Shown: positions 51,610 to 62,720, counted from the stretch's first letter. The stretch: DNA of 64,000 bases from an uncultured Alcanivoracaceae bacterium (GCA_964352735.1 CAYGTC010000007.1:22379-86378), one strand, 5' to 3'. Notes: generated by a model not told the origin, from the letters alone. Program-made: numbers and translations.

Positions 51610-54072
51610 ATGTTAGTACAAAAATTTGGCGGAACCTCACTTGCAACTACAGAAAACATTAAACGAGTCGCTCACATCATTAAAGAGACCAGTAAAACAT
51701 CTAAAAAAACAGTTGTTGTGTTATCAGCCATGGGTAAAGTTACTGATGACTTGATAGACATCATTGATCTGGCTCAAAGTGGTGACCAATGGCAAACTCT
51801 TTTAGAAGATTTACAGGCCAAACACTTACAAACACTGAATGAAATTAGCAGTCAATCAGAAATTGAAACCTCCAGCCAAAAACACAATATTACTGAACTG
51901 GTTCAAAAGGCATCCAGTTACTTACAAGGGATTGCTTTATTAGGCCAGTGTCCAAATGACATATATGCATCATTGATCACGCTGGGAGAGCAATTGTCAG
52001 TCATTCTTATGAAAACACAATTGATTTCAATGAACTTGTCTGTCAACATTATTGATGCACAATCCAGTATAATTACCTGCGATGACACTTTTGCCGGTCA
52101 AGTGGACTTGCAAGCTACGATAAAACGCATGAGCACGTATAAAGATATGGATACACAAATACTTCTTATGCCAGGCTTCACATCATCCAATCACGCAGGA
52201 AAGCCAACCACATTAGGAAGAAATGGTTCTGACTACAGCGCAGCATTAGCAGCGGTCAGCTTGGACGCAAAAGAATGTCAAATTTGGACGGATGTGGATG
52301 GTGTATTTAATGCCAATCCAAAAGAAGTTGAATCTGCCTATTTAATCCCGCAACTCAGCTACTATGAGGCCATGGAACTGTCCTATTTTGGAGCCAGCGT
52401 ACTACACCCGAAAACCATAACACCATTGATGCATGCACAAATTCCATGTTGCATAAAAAACACATTCAAGCCACAATCAACCGGCACCACAATCAGCAAT
52501 AAGAGCCAGCAATCCAATAATGTTGCAACAGCCATATCCAGCTTGCAAGACATCACAATGGTAACTGTAAGTGGTCCAGGCATGAAAGGAATGGTTGGCA
52601 TGGCATCAAAGGTATTTGAAAGCATTTCAAAACAAAATATCAGCATTGTATTAATTACACAATCTTCTTCAGAATATTCAATCAGCTTTTGCATTGAATC
52701 AGAACAAAAAAACAATGCGCAAAAATGCCTTGAAGAAACCTTTGCACTTGAATTAAAAAATCACTTACTAGAACCGATCCAGTTTAAACATAATTTGGCA
52801 ATCATCAGTTTGATTTCTGATAACATGAAAAAACGCAGGGGCACAGCGGCTCACTTTTTTCAATCATTGGCAATTGCCAACGTGAATATTGTTGCCATTG
52901 CACAAGGTTCAAACGAGAGATCTATTTCTGCTGTTGTTGAATCAGACAGAGTAATTCGTGCTCTCAACAGCTGTCATCAACGATTTTTTGATAGTACCCA
53001 ACAAGTTGAAATCATCCTTATTGGTTGCGGTCTGGTTGGTGATGCTTTTTTGCATCAAATATTAAAACAACAAAACCATCTCAAGCAACAAAACATCAAC
53101 ATCAAAGTGTGTGGCATTATCAACAGCAAAGGTGCTTTGCTTAATGAAAATGGCATAGATATAAGCAATTATAAGGTTCAATTACAGTCTGAATTACATG
53201 AAATAAACAGAAACCAATTAAAAATATTCAGACAGCAAAACAACATGATCAATCCAATCATAGTTGACTGTACTTCCTCAACATCAGTAGCGGAAGCCTA
53301 CTTGGATTTTTTCAGCGCTGGATACCACATCATCGCAGCCAATAAAAAAGCAAATACCTTGAGTCTTGACTATTATCAACAATTAAAACACACCGCTTTA
53401 CAATACAACCGACAATTTCATTACGAAACAAATGTGGGAGCTGGTCTACCGGTTATTGATACTTTTAGAAATTTGATACGTGCTGGTGATCATTTAAATA
53501 CATTTGAAGGAATTCTTTCTGGCTCAATGTCTTATATTTTTGGCAAACTTGATGAAGGTTTATCATTATCAAAAGCCGTAATAAAAGCCAAAGAAAAAGG
53601 TTTCACAGAACCAGATCCCAGAGATGACCTGTCTGGGACAGATATCGCCAGAAAAGTATTAATCATCGCCAGAGAAGCCGGTATGACTTTAGAATTAAGC
53701 GACATCACAATTGATTCACTGTTAACAGACGAATTGATTGATTGTCAAAGCGTTGAGGAATTTATGTCTTCATTAGCAAGCATAGATGATGAAATCGCTT
53801 TACGCAATGAGCAAGCCAAAAGAAAAGGTTGTGTATTGAGGTTTGTTGGCACAATCGATAATTCTGGCTGCAGCGTTTCTATTAAAGAAATCGATAAATC
53901 CTCAGCCTTATATGACATCAAAGATGGAGAAAATGCCATGGCCTTTTTCAGTGAATATTACCAACCCATTCCAATGGTACTCAGAGGCTACGGAGCAGGA
54001 TCAGCCGTGACAGCTGCAGGAGTGTTTGCAGATGTAATGAAAATTTTACCCACCAAAAGCAGTTTTATATGA
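51610..54072 (+). CDS. thrA: bifunctional aspartokinase / homoserine dehydrogenase
   Basis: 820 aa. Starts with MLVQKFGGTSL (aspartokinase), followed by ACT-like regions. The C-terminal homoserine dehydrogenase has ANKK and GAGLPVI motifs. Confidence 0.9.
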   Translation: MLVQKFGGTSLATTENIKRVAHIIKETSKTSKKTVVVLSAMGKVTDDLIDIIDLAQSGDQWQTLLEDLQAKHLQTLNEISSQSEIETSSQKHNITELVQKASSYLQGIALLGQCPNDIYASLITLGEQLSVILMKTQLISMNLSVNIIDAQSSIITCDDTFAGQVDLQATIKRMSTYKDMDTQILLMPGFTSSNHAGKPTTLGRNGSDYSAALAAVSLDAKECQIWTDVDGVFNANPKEVESAYLIPQLSYYEAMELSYFGASVLHPKTITPLMHAQIPCCIKNTFKPQSTGTTISNKSQQSNNVATAISSLQDITMVTVSGPGMKGMVGMASKVFESISKQNISIVLITQSSSEYSISFCIESEQKNNAQKCLEETFALELKNHLLEPIQFKHNLAIISLISDNMKKRRGTAAHFFQSLAIANVNIVAIAQGSNERSISAVVESDRVIRALNSCHQRFFDSTQQVEIILIGCGLVGDAFLHQILKQQNHLKQQNINIKVCGIINSKGALLNENGIDISNYKVQLQSELHEINRNQLKIFRQQNNMINPIIVDCTSSTSVAEAYLDFFSAGYHIIAANKKANTLSLDYYQQLKHTALQYNRQFHYETNVGAGLPVIDTFRNLIRAGDHLNTFEGILSGSMSYIFGKLDEGLSLSKAVIKAKEKGFTEPDPRDDLSGTDIARKVLIIAREAGMTLELSDITIDSLLTDELIDCQSVEEFMSSLASIDDEIALRNEQAKRKGCVLRFVGTIDNSGCSVSIKEIDKSSALYDIKDGENAMAFFSEYYQPIPMVLRGYGAGSAVTAAGVFADVMKILPTKSSFI

Positions 54073-54635
54073 TACAAAAAAAAATAAAACAAAAGATCTT
54101 TATTATCTTCATTTTGATAACATTATCTGCATGCCACCATAAAAAAAATATCAAAAAAAACATTGATTGGCAAGAAAGATCATCATGGTCAGTCAATGGT
54201 AAAATTGCCATTAAAGGTGGGCAAGAAAGTGGCAGTGGTAGAATTTTATGGCAAGTTGAGAATGGAACCATTCATGCACAATTTAAAGCTCCACTGGGAC
54301 AAGGCAGCTGGGAGATCACAGAAAACAATCAAGAAGCCATACTGAACTCCTCTAAATATGGAAAAAAAATTGGCTCAAATGCTGAAACATTGATTTCACA
54401 GGAATTGGGCTGGCAATTCCCATGGAAGAAACTCTCCTTGTGGTTAAGAGGCGTCAAAAACCCAGAACAACTGAATAATCTTACCAACAAACAATCTCAA
54501 TTTTTTGATCAAGGATGGCACATAATATTTGATAAATGGCAGGAAACATCATTAGGACTATTGCCTAAAAAAATAACAGCTACCAAACCACCATATTCGG
54601 TTAAATTAATCATTTACGGCTGGGAAGCCAACTGA
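54069..54635 (+). CDS. lolB: outer-membrane lipoprotein insertion protein LolB
   Basis: 188 aa with lipobox LSAC and size and position upstream of ispE typical of lolB. It has a 4-nt overlap with thrA. Confidence 0.75.
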   Translation: MIQKKIKQKIFIIFILITLSACHHKKNIKKNIDWQERSSWSVNGKIAIKGGQESGSGRILWQVENGTIHAQFKAPLGQGSWEITENNQEAILNSSKYGKKIGSNAETLISQELGWQFPWKKLSLWLRGVKNPEQLNNLTNKQSQFFDQGWHIIFDKWQETSLGLLPKKITATKPPYSVKLIIYGWEAN

Positions 54636-54641
54636 AAAAAG

Positions 54642-55463
54642 ATGCAAAAAATCATTCATCAATTAAGTCCAGCCAAAATCAACTTAATGTTAAGAATACT
54701 GGGGCAAAGATCCGATGGATATCACCTGCTTCAGACATATTTCCAATTATTAAATTGGGGAGATGACATCACTTTTAAATGCACTAAAAATGATAATATT
54801 CATATTAATGGAAACTTCAAAAACCTAAAAATTGAAAACAACCTCATTTTTAAAGCCATTCAATTATTAAAGCCTCATAGAACGATTCACAGTGGACTAG
54901 AGATATCTGTGCATAAAAGAATCCCCCAAGGATCCGGATTAGGCGGAGGCAGTTCTAATGCAGGCATCACACTCAGCACTATTAACCAATTGTGGCAATG
55001 CCAACTCAACCAACAACAATTACTAAAAATGGCATTACAACTGGGTGCAGATGTACCTATATTCGTTTCTAATCAATCAGCCATGGCCTATGGTGTGGGA
55101 GAACAATTGGTCCCATACCAACTAAAATCGATGCATTATTTTGTGTTAATTTTTCCATCAGTCAGCATAAACACTGTTGAAGTTTTCAGTCATGAAACAT
55201 TATTTAGAGAAGACAAAACCATAGATGAGCAAAAAATTCACAATAAAGAATACTGGACAAATACCTGCCTGCCTGTGGTGCTCGAACACTTTCCAGAAGT
55301 TGCTGAAATCTATCGTACGGCTTCAAAAATAACACCCACATATATGTCAGGTACAGGCTCCACCCTATTTTGTAGTTTTGATTCATTACATGATGCCAAA
55401 CAATTTCTGAGCCTCTGCCCAAAGCACTGGCAAACACAAATATGCCAAAGTGCAAAAAATTAA
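54642..55463 (+). CDS. ispE: 4-diphosphocytidyl-2-C-methyl-D-erythritol kinase
   Basis: 273 aa, GHMP kinase, with PAKINL and PQGSGLGGGSSNAG. Confidence 0.92.
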   Translation: MQKIIHQLSPAKINLMLRILGQRSDGYHLLQTYFQLLNWGDDITFKCTKNDNIHINGNFKNLKIENNLIFKAIQLLKPHRTIHSGLEISVHKRIPQGSGLGGGSSNAGITLSTINQLWQCQLNQQQLLKMALQLGADVPIFVSNQSAMAYGVGEQLVPYQLKSMHYFVLIFPSVSINTVEVFSHETLFREDKTIDEQKIHNKEYWTNTCLPVVLEHFPEVAEIYRTASKITPTYMSGTGSTLFCSFDSLHDAKQFLSLCPKHWQTQICQSAKN

Positions 55464-55560
55464 AAAAAAACAACAAATAGTCTTTTATTTATAAAATAAC
55501 ATGTATATAATAGCCCACCTTGTTTGAGGGAGCTCAGACCCATAAAAGAGCTTCATATAA

Positions 55561-55636
55561 TGGGATGTCGTCAAGTGGCTAAGACACCAGATTTTGATTC
55601 TGGCATTCGCAGGTTCGAGTCCTGCCATCCCAGCCA
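55561..55636 (+). tRNA. tRNA-Gln (anticodon UUG)
   Basis: The cloverleaf was checked by hand. Acceptor TGGGATG pairs with CATCCCA, then discriminator G and an encoded CCA. The anticodon stem is CCAGA/TCTGG with loop TTTTGAT. The T-arm is GCAGG-TTCGAGT-CCTGC. It resembles E. coli tRNA-Gln. Confidence 0.95.
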
Positions 55637-55641
55637 TATTC

Positions 55642-55683
55642 ATGCCTACAATCATTTAATTGATTGTAGGCATATTTGTTTTT
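55642..55683 (+). terminator. rho-independent terminator after tRNA-Gln
   Basis: A 13-bp stem (ATGCCTACAATCA 55642-55654 with TGATTGTAGGCAT 55661-55673) is followed by ATTTGTTTTT. Confidence 0.75.
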
Positions 55684-55786
55684 GGACAGTGTTAATAGCA
55701 ATAGTCAAATCAATGATTTACTTCAACCGATATGAGTATTAAAATGTCGCACACATTATGCAATAATCCAAGTTGAGCAAGTAATC

Positions 55787-56746
55787 ATGATAGTTGATAG
55801 CAATAGCATTAAACTTTTTACTGGAAACGCGAACCCAAAATTAGCAGAAAAAATTGCTAAATTTTTAGGAACACCACTTGGTAAAGCCAATGTTGGTAGA
55901 TTTAGCGACGGTGAAGTTGCGGTTGAGATCATTGATAATGTTCGCGGACAGGATGTTTACATTATTCAACCGACTTGTATGCCTACTGCTGATAATTTTA
56001 TGGAATTATTGGTTATGGTTGATGCATTAAAAAGGGCTTCATGTAATTCAGTCACTGCGGTAATGCCTTATTTTGGTTATGCTAGACAAGACAGAAGACC
56101 TCGGTCATCACGGGTACCTATAACATCAAAAGTTGCCGCAAAAATGATCGCAGCTGTTGGTACTGACAGAGTACTGACCATTGACCTTCATGCAGATCAA
56201 ATTCAGGGCTTTTTTGATATCCCAGTTGATAATGTCTATGCTTCTCCATTGACACTCGCAGACATATGGTGTCGTTACGACTCTAATGACGTAGTGGTGG
56301 TTTCACCAGACATTGGCGGTGTAGTCAGAGCACGTGCTGTCGCAAAAAGAATTGGTGCTGACTTAGCCATCATTGACAAGCGACGTCCTAAAGCCAATGT
56401 GGCTACAGTCATGAATATCATTGGAGACATTGAAAACAAAATATGCATACTTGTTGATGACATGATCGATACAGCAGGTACCTTGTGTGCTGCATCAACA
56501 GCATTGATGGAAAGAGGATCCAAAGAAGTTGTGGCTTACTGTGTCCACCCTATTCTTTCAGGAAAAGCCATCAGCAATATTGAAAAATCAGGCCTTAAAG
56601 AATTGGTTGTTACAGATACCATACCATTAAATGAACAGGCCATGAACTGTAAAAAAATCAGGCAATTAAGTGTGGCCGAAATGCTGGCTGAAACCATCAG
56701 AAGAATTGCCAATAAAGAATCCGTCAGTGAAATGTACGTCGACTGA
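55787..56746 (+). CDS. prs: ribose-phosphate pyrophosphokinase
   Basis: 319 aa with [17 protein letters not shown] and the PRPP loop [10 protein letters not shown]. Confidence 0.96.
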   Translation: MIVDSNSIKLFTGNANPKLAEKIAKFLGTPLGKANVGRFSDGEVAVEIIDNVRGQDVYIIQPTCMPTADNFMELLVMVDALKRASCNSVTAVMPYFGYARQDRRPRSSRVPITSKVAAKMIAAVGTDRVLTIDLHADQIQGFFDIPVDNVYASPLTLADIWCRYDSNDVVVVSPDIGGVVRARAVAKRIGADLAIIDKRRPKANVATVMNIIGDIENKICILVDDMIDTAGTLCAASTALMERGSKEVVAYCVHPILSGKAISNIEKSGLKELVVTDTIPLNEQAMNCKKIRQLSVAEMLAETIRRIANKESVSEMYVD

Positions 56747-56867
56747 TGACTATTATGTCAATGATATAGACGCTGATTAAAGGTTTTACTTGGTCGCAAA
56801 GTAAAACATATCATGAATAGTTTGAATATTATTCAAATGTAAAATAACCTCTTATTAGGAGATACAA

Positions 56868-57509
56868 ATGTCAATTTTTAAAATCGATGCAGAATTACGT
56901 GAAGATTTGGGGAAAGGTGCGAGCCGCCGCCTACGTCGCGAAAATAAAGTTCCTGCAATTATTTATGGTGGAGATAAAGACCCACGCTCCATATCAATCC
57001 TTCACCACAAAGTATTGAGATACATTGAAGACGAAACGTTCTTCACCAGTATTCTTGAATTGAAAGCAACTGGTGGTAAAAGACAAAAAGTCATCTTACG
57101 TGATATGCAACGTCATCCATCCAAGCCCGTTGTTATGCATATGGATTTCCAACGCATTGCAGATGACGTTGAGCTAACACTTAATATTCCTTTGCACTTC
57201 TTGAATGAAGAAAATTCTCCTGCAGCTAAAACAGCTGGCATTATTGTTTCTCATCAGTTAACTGAAGTTGAAGTAAGCTGTTTGCCAAATGATCTGCCTG
57301 AATTCATCGACGTAGACTTGAATGATTTTAAAGAAGGCGATATCATCAGACTCAGCGACATTGAGTTACCAAAAGGCGTTACACTAACTGCCTTCACACA
57401 TGGCGATGAAGAAGAGCATAATGAAGTTGTGGTATCAACCACTCATGTACAATCATCAAGCTCAACAGATAGCAGCGAAGAGACTTCTGAAGAAGCCCCG
57501 GTTGAATAA
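56868..57509 (+). CDS. rplY: 50S ribosomal protein L25 / general stress protein Ctc
   Basis: 213 aa with GKGASRRLRRENKVPAIIYGG and an acidic, Ser-rich C-terminal tail. It lies between prs and pth. Confidence 0.9.
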   Translation: MSIFKIDAELREDLGKGASRRLRRENKVPAIIYGGDKDPRSISILHHKVLRYIEDETFFTSILELKATGGKRQKVILRDMQRHPSKPVVMHMDFQRIADDVELTLNIPLHFLNEENSPAAKTAGIIVSHQLTEVEVSCLPNDLPEFIDVDLNDFKEGDIIRLSDIELPKGVTLTAFTHGDEEEHNEVVVSTTHVQSSSSTDSSEETSEEAPVE

Positions 57510-57540
57510 GCCTATTTAATTGATGATTTTATCAGTAAAA

Positions 57541-57570
57541 AAACAGCCTCTGATTGAGGCTGTTTTTTTA
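57541..57570 (+). terminator. rho-independent terminator after rplY
   Basis: ACAGCCTC (57543-57550) pairs with GAGGCTGT (57556-57563), followed by TTTTTT. Confidence 0.85.
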
Positions 57571-57668
57571 TGTTTACTGTATAAAACCACGTAAATAAGT
57601 AAAATGCATTTATATACATTAAGGCATGATAAAATGCCACGCTAATTGATCAAAAAGAAACCAATGAT

Positions 57669-58244
57669 ATGAGAACCATCAAACTAATAGTCGGTCTTGG
57701 CAACCCTGGCATAAAGTACACACAAACACGTCATAATGCAGGTTTTTACTTTATTGATGCCCTATGCCAAAAATATGGATTTCAACTCAAAGAACATAAA
57801 AAGTTTTATGGGCAGGCTGCAAAGGTCACCATAGGCGATCATGATTTATGGCTCTTAAAACCCGAAACATTCATGAATCATTCTGGTAAATCAGTAGCCA
57901 GTATCGCCAATTTCTATAAAATCGCACCTGAACAAATTTTAGTCGCTTATGATGAACTAGACTTAGACCCTGGTGTTGCTAAATTAAAAAAAAGCGGCGG
58001 CCATGGCGGACACAATGGCTTAAGGGATATCATTGCATTGACTGGCTCTAATCAATTTTACAGACTCAGACTTGGCATAGGCCATCCTGGACATAAGAGT
58101 CAAGTGGTGTCATGGGTATTGAACCGCGCTACTCAAGACGATGAAATCAGCTTGCAACAATCGATTGATAAATCACTCAGCATCTTAGAAGATTTATTGG
58201 CAGGTAAAACAGAAAAAGCCATGAAGGATTTACACACCAAATAA
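57669..58244 (+). CDS. pth: peptidyl-tRNA hydrolase
   Basis: 191 aa with LIVGLGNPG...TRHNAGF and GGHGGHNGLRD. Confidence 0.96.
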   Translation: MRTIKLIVGLGNPGIKYTQTRHNAGFYFIDALCQKYGFQLKEHKKFYGQAAKVTIGDHDLWLLKPETFMNHSGKSVASIANFYKIAPEQILVAYDELDLDPGVAKLKKSGGHGGHNGLRDIIALTGSNQFYRLRLGIGHPGHKSQVVSWVLNRATQDDEISLQQSIDKSLSILEDLLAGKTEKAMKDLHTK

Positions 58245-58346
58245 AATACATTGACTGATCCGATTGACCAAATTAAACACTCCTTGTGTTAATTCTTCTT
58301 GAGATCAACCTCAAAACTGATTATTTTTTGAAGCTCAGCAAAATTA

Positions 58347-59402
58347 CTAAACATTTTTATTTTCAACCAATTTTAGCAAACCCAATAAGCCACCTTGCAT
58401 GCTATAAACATCATAGCCCAAGGTTGCTAATAAAAATGCTGCGGAGGCACAACGCATACCCGTATTTGAACAGGTTATAACGGTCATACTCTTATCTAAC
58501 ATTTCATCACATTTTTCTCTCAGATGCCCCATTGGAATATTGACACAATCCTGAAAACCAATATTTCTAAATTCATCTACTTCTCTAACATCTAATAATA
58601 CTGCACCTTCAAGTATCTTTTCATAGGCAGCATCAACTGTTAACCACCTGACCACATGACTTTTTAGCAAGGAAGAGAATTTTTTACCAATCATCTTCAT
58701 TAAAATTCCATTGCTTTTCATTCTTACTGATGCTGTACGAGGCTCCTTACTGACCAGTGCATTTTCACCGAACATCACCCCTTCACCTAATGTTGCTACC
58801 AGATCTTCACCATCAGCAACACATTTGTAAACATTGGCCTCCCCTTTTACAATGATGTAGCAATAATCACCTGAATCTCCTTCAGAAATAATTTCTTCAC
58901 CTTCATTGACATAAACAGGCTCGAGGTTTTTAAAAATTTGATCGACATGACCTCTAGGCAGCATTTGCACCGCTTTTGATAACAATAAACCCACCACCCA
59001 ACAGTATGACTGATGACCTCTTAATGGACTGTCTGCACTTGTTTCTTTGAATAAATTATCCCATACTGTGAAATGATCAAGAAATATATTATTCATCATC
59101 ATTACTTTAGCGTCATCAGATTCCACAGATGATGTGAGCTTTTTCTGCGAATTGACCTCACCTATGGGGTAATAGGATTGTAATGAAGTTGATTTGACCG
59201 ATTTTACCCGGCCAGAAGGATAATTTACCTTTACCGTACCACCAATAACATATTTGGCATAAAGCTTATTATCATCATGCTTGAAAATATCATCATTTTT
59301 TTCAAAATCATAAACTTCAAACTGTTCCAATAATAAAGGCAGGAATTTTTCCTCCATTTTATTGAAAGGATAATAATTCTTTAATTCTTCAACTGTAATC
59401 AT
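58347..59402 (-). CDS. cyclic-nucleotide-binding (CAP_ED) domain protein with C-terminal rhodanese-like domain
   Basis: 351 aa. A canonical cNMP-binding block (EGDSGDYCYIIVKGEANVY...GEGVMFGENALVSKEPRTASVRM) is preceded by a degenerate one. The C-terminal rhodanese fold (LLDVREVDEF...) has active-site loop CSNTGMR. Confidence 0.7.
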   Translation of the reverse strand: MITVEELKNYYPFNKMEEKFLPLLLEQFEVYDFEKNDDIFKHDDNKLYAKYVIGGTVKVNYPSGRVKSVKSTSLQSYYPIGEVNSQKKLTSSVESDDAKVMMMNNIFLDHFTVWDNLFKETSADSPLRGHQSYCWVVGLLLSKAVQMLPRGHVDQIFKNLEPVYVNEGEEIISEGDSGDYCYIIVKGEANVYKCVADGEDLVATLGEGVMFGENALVSKEPRTASVRMKSNGILMKMIGKKFSSLLKSHVVRWLTVDAAYEKILEGAVLLDVREVDEFRNIGFQDCVNIPMGHLREKCDEMLDKSMTVITCSNTGMRCASAAFLLATLGYDVYSMQGGLLGLLKLVENKNV

Positions 59403-59512
59403 ATTTTTATCTTCACAACATCTTGATTTAACGATAGCATATTCATAAAAAAAATCAATAAAACCAGTTGCAACTTCAACAATAATTTATAAATTATGTG
59501 ATAATCAAACTC

Positions 59513-60745
59513 ATGATAAAATTTACAGACTCTAAGCGATTGTTTTATAAAAAAATAGTCATAGCTACATTATTAGGTATTAGCTCTGGATTACCACTGT
59601 ATGTGTTAATACAGACCATACCTGCATGGCTCAAAGATGCCGGTGTAGATCTGTCTTCTATTGGCCTATTTCAATTAATTGGAATTCCCTACACATTAAA
59701 ATTTTTATGGGCGCCTTTATTGGAGAGATTCTCTGTACCCGTATTGGGACAACGCAGGGGTTGGATGCTCTTATCACAGATACTTTTAATCTTCTTTATC
59801 GCTACCATTGGTTTTTTTAATCCAAAAGACAACATTACCATTGTTGTGTATGTAACCCTAGCTATGACCACTGTCAGTGCTACACAAGATATTGTCATAG
59901 ATGCTTATCGCAGAGAGATGCTAAACGATGATGAATTAGGAGCTGGCAACGCATGGTTTGTTAATGCCTATCGATTCTCTTCTTTAGTTCCTGGATCATT
60001 CGCACTGATTTTGGCGGATAATATTGATTGGCAATTCGTATTTCCAATTGTTGCATTGTTCATGTTTATAGGTCTTATCACCACTTTATACGTCAAAGAA
60101 CAAATCAACTTAGAAAAACGCGTCACTACCATTGCTGCAGCAGTTATTGAGCCATTGAAAGATTACCTCGAACGTAACACAATAACAAAAGGCATCATTT
60201 TTATTGTATTTTTAATGTTGTATAAATTTGGAGACTCAATGGCAACAGCATTATCAACACCGTTTTATCTTGATATGGGCTATAGCAAAACCGTCTTAGG
60301 TACGGTGGTCAAGTTTGCAGCGCTGTGGTCTTCTATTGCTGGTGCATTTATTGCTGGGGCCATCATGAGAAAGATATCCATCAATCAATCATTGTGGATT
60401 TTTGGCTTCTTTCAAATGGTTACCATTTTGGGGTTTGCTTGGTTATCACAATTACCAGAACCTGATAAAATCAGCTTATTTATTGTCGTAAGTCTTGAGT
60501 ATTTAGGAGTCGGCATGGGTACAGTGGCTATCGTTTCATTCATGTTCAAAACCAGTAGTAAAGTATTCGCTGCTTCACAAATTGCCTTATTTACTGCCAT
60601 TACAGCGATTCCAAGAACCTTCATCAGTTCAACTACGGGTTTCATTATTGAAGCAGTAGGGTATACTGAATTTTTTCTCATTTGTACAGCATGTGCTATT
60701 CCTGGTATGTTGTTACTGTTTTATGTCGCACCGTGGAGAGAATAG
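59513..60745 (+). CDS. ampG: AmpG-family MFS muropeptide permease
   Basis: About 410 aa, polytopic, with the AmpG-type N-terminus (GISSGLPLYVLIQTIPAWLKDAGVDLSSIGLF...LKFLWAPLLERF...GQRRGWML). ATG 59513 is preferred over GTG 59498. Confidence 0.75.
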   Translation: MIKFTDSKRLFYKKIVIATLLGISSGLPLYVLIQTIPAWLKDAGVDLSSIGLFQLIGIPYTLKFLWAPLLERFSVPVLGQRRGWMLLSQILLIFFIATIGFFNPKDNITIVVYVTLAMTTVSATQDIVIDAYRREMLNDDELGAGNAWFVNAYRFSSLVPGSFALILADNIDWQFVFPIVALFMFIGLITTLYVKEQINLEKRVTTIAAAVIEPLKDYLERNTITKGIIFIVFLMLYKFGDSMATALSTPFYLDMGYSKTVLGTVVKFAALWSSIAGAFIAGAIMRKISINQSLWIFGFFQMVTILGFAWLSQLPEPDKISLFIVVSLEYLGVGMGTVAIVSFMFKTSSKVFAASQIALFTAITAIPRTFISSTTGFIIEAVGYTEFFLICTACAIPGMLLLFYVAPWRE

Positions 60746-60805
60746 GACCTATTGACTCATGATTTATTGTATAATGCCAATCCGATTGATCACGCATAAT
60801 TGAAT

Positions 60806-61486
60806 ATGATAGAAAACCCCAAACAATTCCCAGAAAAAGATTTTTTTATTGAAGGACCCAGCGGTAAACTGGAGTGCTTATCTGGCTTTCCTAGTAAAGC
60901 AGAAGATGACAGATTAACAGTTGGGATCATATGTCACCCTCATCCGCTTTTTGGCGGTACCATGCATAACAAAGTCACTCATATGATTGAAAAAGCATTC
61001 AAAGAGCTTAATCTGCATACGGTCCGTTTTAATTTTAGAGGGGTTGGCGAATCAGAGGGCGAATTTGATAACGGTATCGGCGAAACCGATGACCTGATCG
61101 CCATTTACAAATGGGTAAAACAAGTATTACCTGAACACAAAATATGGTTGGCGGGTTTCTCATTTGGCTCCTATGCGGCGCTGAGGGCATGTGAAGAAAT
61201 TCAACCCGAACAATTTTTAACTGTGGCTCCACCAGTTGAAAGGTACGACTACACCGATGTGGTTGCACCAGAATGTCCATGGCTTGTCATTCAAGGCGAA
61301 GATGATGATGTTGTCACACCAAAAGCCGTTTATGATTATGTCAACAGTATGGATCCTCGACCCCAATTGGTCACATTTAAAGCGGGTCACTTTTTTCATC
61401 GTCGCTTAATAGACCTCAAAGGGGCAATTAAAAACGGTATACTGCGACAATTACCACAACAAACAGATGACAAAGAAGAGTCGTAA
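60806..61486 (+). CDS. alpha/beta hydrolase (COG2945-like)
   Basis: CHPHPLFGGTMHNKV motif and nucleophile elbow GFSFGS. The start is ATG 60806 (TTG 60800 possible). Confidence 0.7.
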   Translation: MIENPKQFPEKDFFIEGPSGKLECLSGFPSKAEDDRLTVGIICHPHPLFGGTMHNKVTHMIEKAFKELNLHTVRFNFRGVGESEGEFDNGIGETDDLIAIYKWVKQVLPEHKIWLAGFSFGSYAALRACEEIQPEQFLTVAPPVERYDYTDVVAPECPWLVIQGEDDDVVTPKAVYDYVNSMDPRPQLVTFKAGHFFHRRLIDLKGAIKNGILRQLPQQTDDKEES

Positions 61487-61497
61487 AAACGACATTT

Positions 61498-62547
61498 ATG
61501 AATCCACTAGCCATTTATCAACAAAAACTCGATGAAGGTCAAATCAAGGAAGATACCTTGCAAAATGAAGTGGTATTGGCATTTGACAGCCTTTACCAAC
61601 AATTAAAAGCACCTAAAGTACCATGGTATTTGAGGCCATTTACCAGTACAGATCAAAGCCCAAATGGCATCTATATTTATGGTTCTGTCGGTCGTGGAAA
61701 AACCTTCTTGATGGATTTATTTGTATCCACAATACCTGAGAGAATAGTCAAAAGACAACACTTTCATGCATTTATGTTATGGTTACATAAACAATTACAC
61801 AGTATCAAAAATCAACAAAATCCAGTTGATATCATCATCAAAAGACTGTCATCAGAAATCAAGGTATTGTGTTTAGATGAGTTTTTAGTGCATGACATCA
61901 CTGATGCCATGATTTTGGCAAGCCTGTTACAAACTATGGAAAAGTATCACATCAAACTGGTCACCACATCAAACATAAACCCTATTGACCTTTATCATGG
62001 AGGCTTACAAAGAAAGAAATTCCTTCCTGCCATCGATTGGATACAACAAAATATGTCAGTCCTTAAACTCGATGGTATGTACGATTACAGGACAAAACAA
62101 AAAAACCAAGAAAAAAAGTGGCTCCACCCGATCTCAAATCATCAACAACAACATTTTGAGCAGACCTTCAACCATTTGGTTGCCAATAACAGGCTCTATA
62201 TTTCTCCAATCAGCATCAATAAACGTTCTATGAATGTCATCAAAAGGAGTGACCATCATGTTATGTTTGAATTTGAAACCCTGTGCAAACAACCCAGAAG
62301 TGCCAGTGATTACATAGCTCTGTGTGAACAGTACGATTCTATCAGCTTGGTCATCAGTAATCCGATAGAAGATGATGATCGCAATACTGCTAAACGTTTC
62401 ATTACTTTAATTGATGTCATGTATGATACACAAACCACTTTATATGTACTTTCACAGGTAGATTTCATCGATATTTATACTGGACAAGACTTCTCATTTG
62501 AGATGCAAAGAACACATTCTAGATTGACTGAAATGCAATCTTATTAA
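61498..62547 (+). CDS. zapE: cell division protein ZapE (AFG1-family ATPase)
   Basis: 349 aa with Walker A GSVGRGKT and Walker B VLCLDEF. Confidence 0.85.
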   Translation: MNPLAIYQQKLDEGQIKEDTLQNEVVLAFDSLYQQLKAPKVPWYLRPFTSTDQSPNGIYIYGSVGRGKTFLMDLFVSTIPERIVKRQHFHAFMLWLHKQLHSIKNQQNPVDIIIKRLSSEIKVLCLDEFLVHDITDAMILASLLQTMEKYHIKLVTTSNINPIDLYHGGLQRKKFLPAIDWIQQNMSVLKLDGMYDYRTKQKNQEKKWLHPISNHQQQHFEQTFNHLVANNRLYISPISINKRSMNVIKRSDHHVMFEFETLCKQPRSASDYIALCEQYDSISLVISNPIEDDDRNTAKRFITLIDVMYDTQTTLYVLSQVDFIDIYTGQDFSFEMQRTHSRLTEMQSY

Positions 62548-62720
62548 CCTGAATCCAGTCTATAATGGTGTCGGATTAATAATGTATTTTAACACTGACG
62601 CCATACCTAATTATCTACTGAATGTTTCAAGATTTACAAATTGACCTAGTTTGATGAAATATTCAGACTAGTATAAATTATCATATAAAATTTGATCGCT
62701 TTTGGTTTATACTATGCCGC

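Noticed and set aside
55524-55742. 72-aa ORF
   Set aside because: It reads straight through the tRNA-Gln gene and its terminator.
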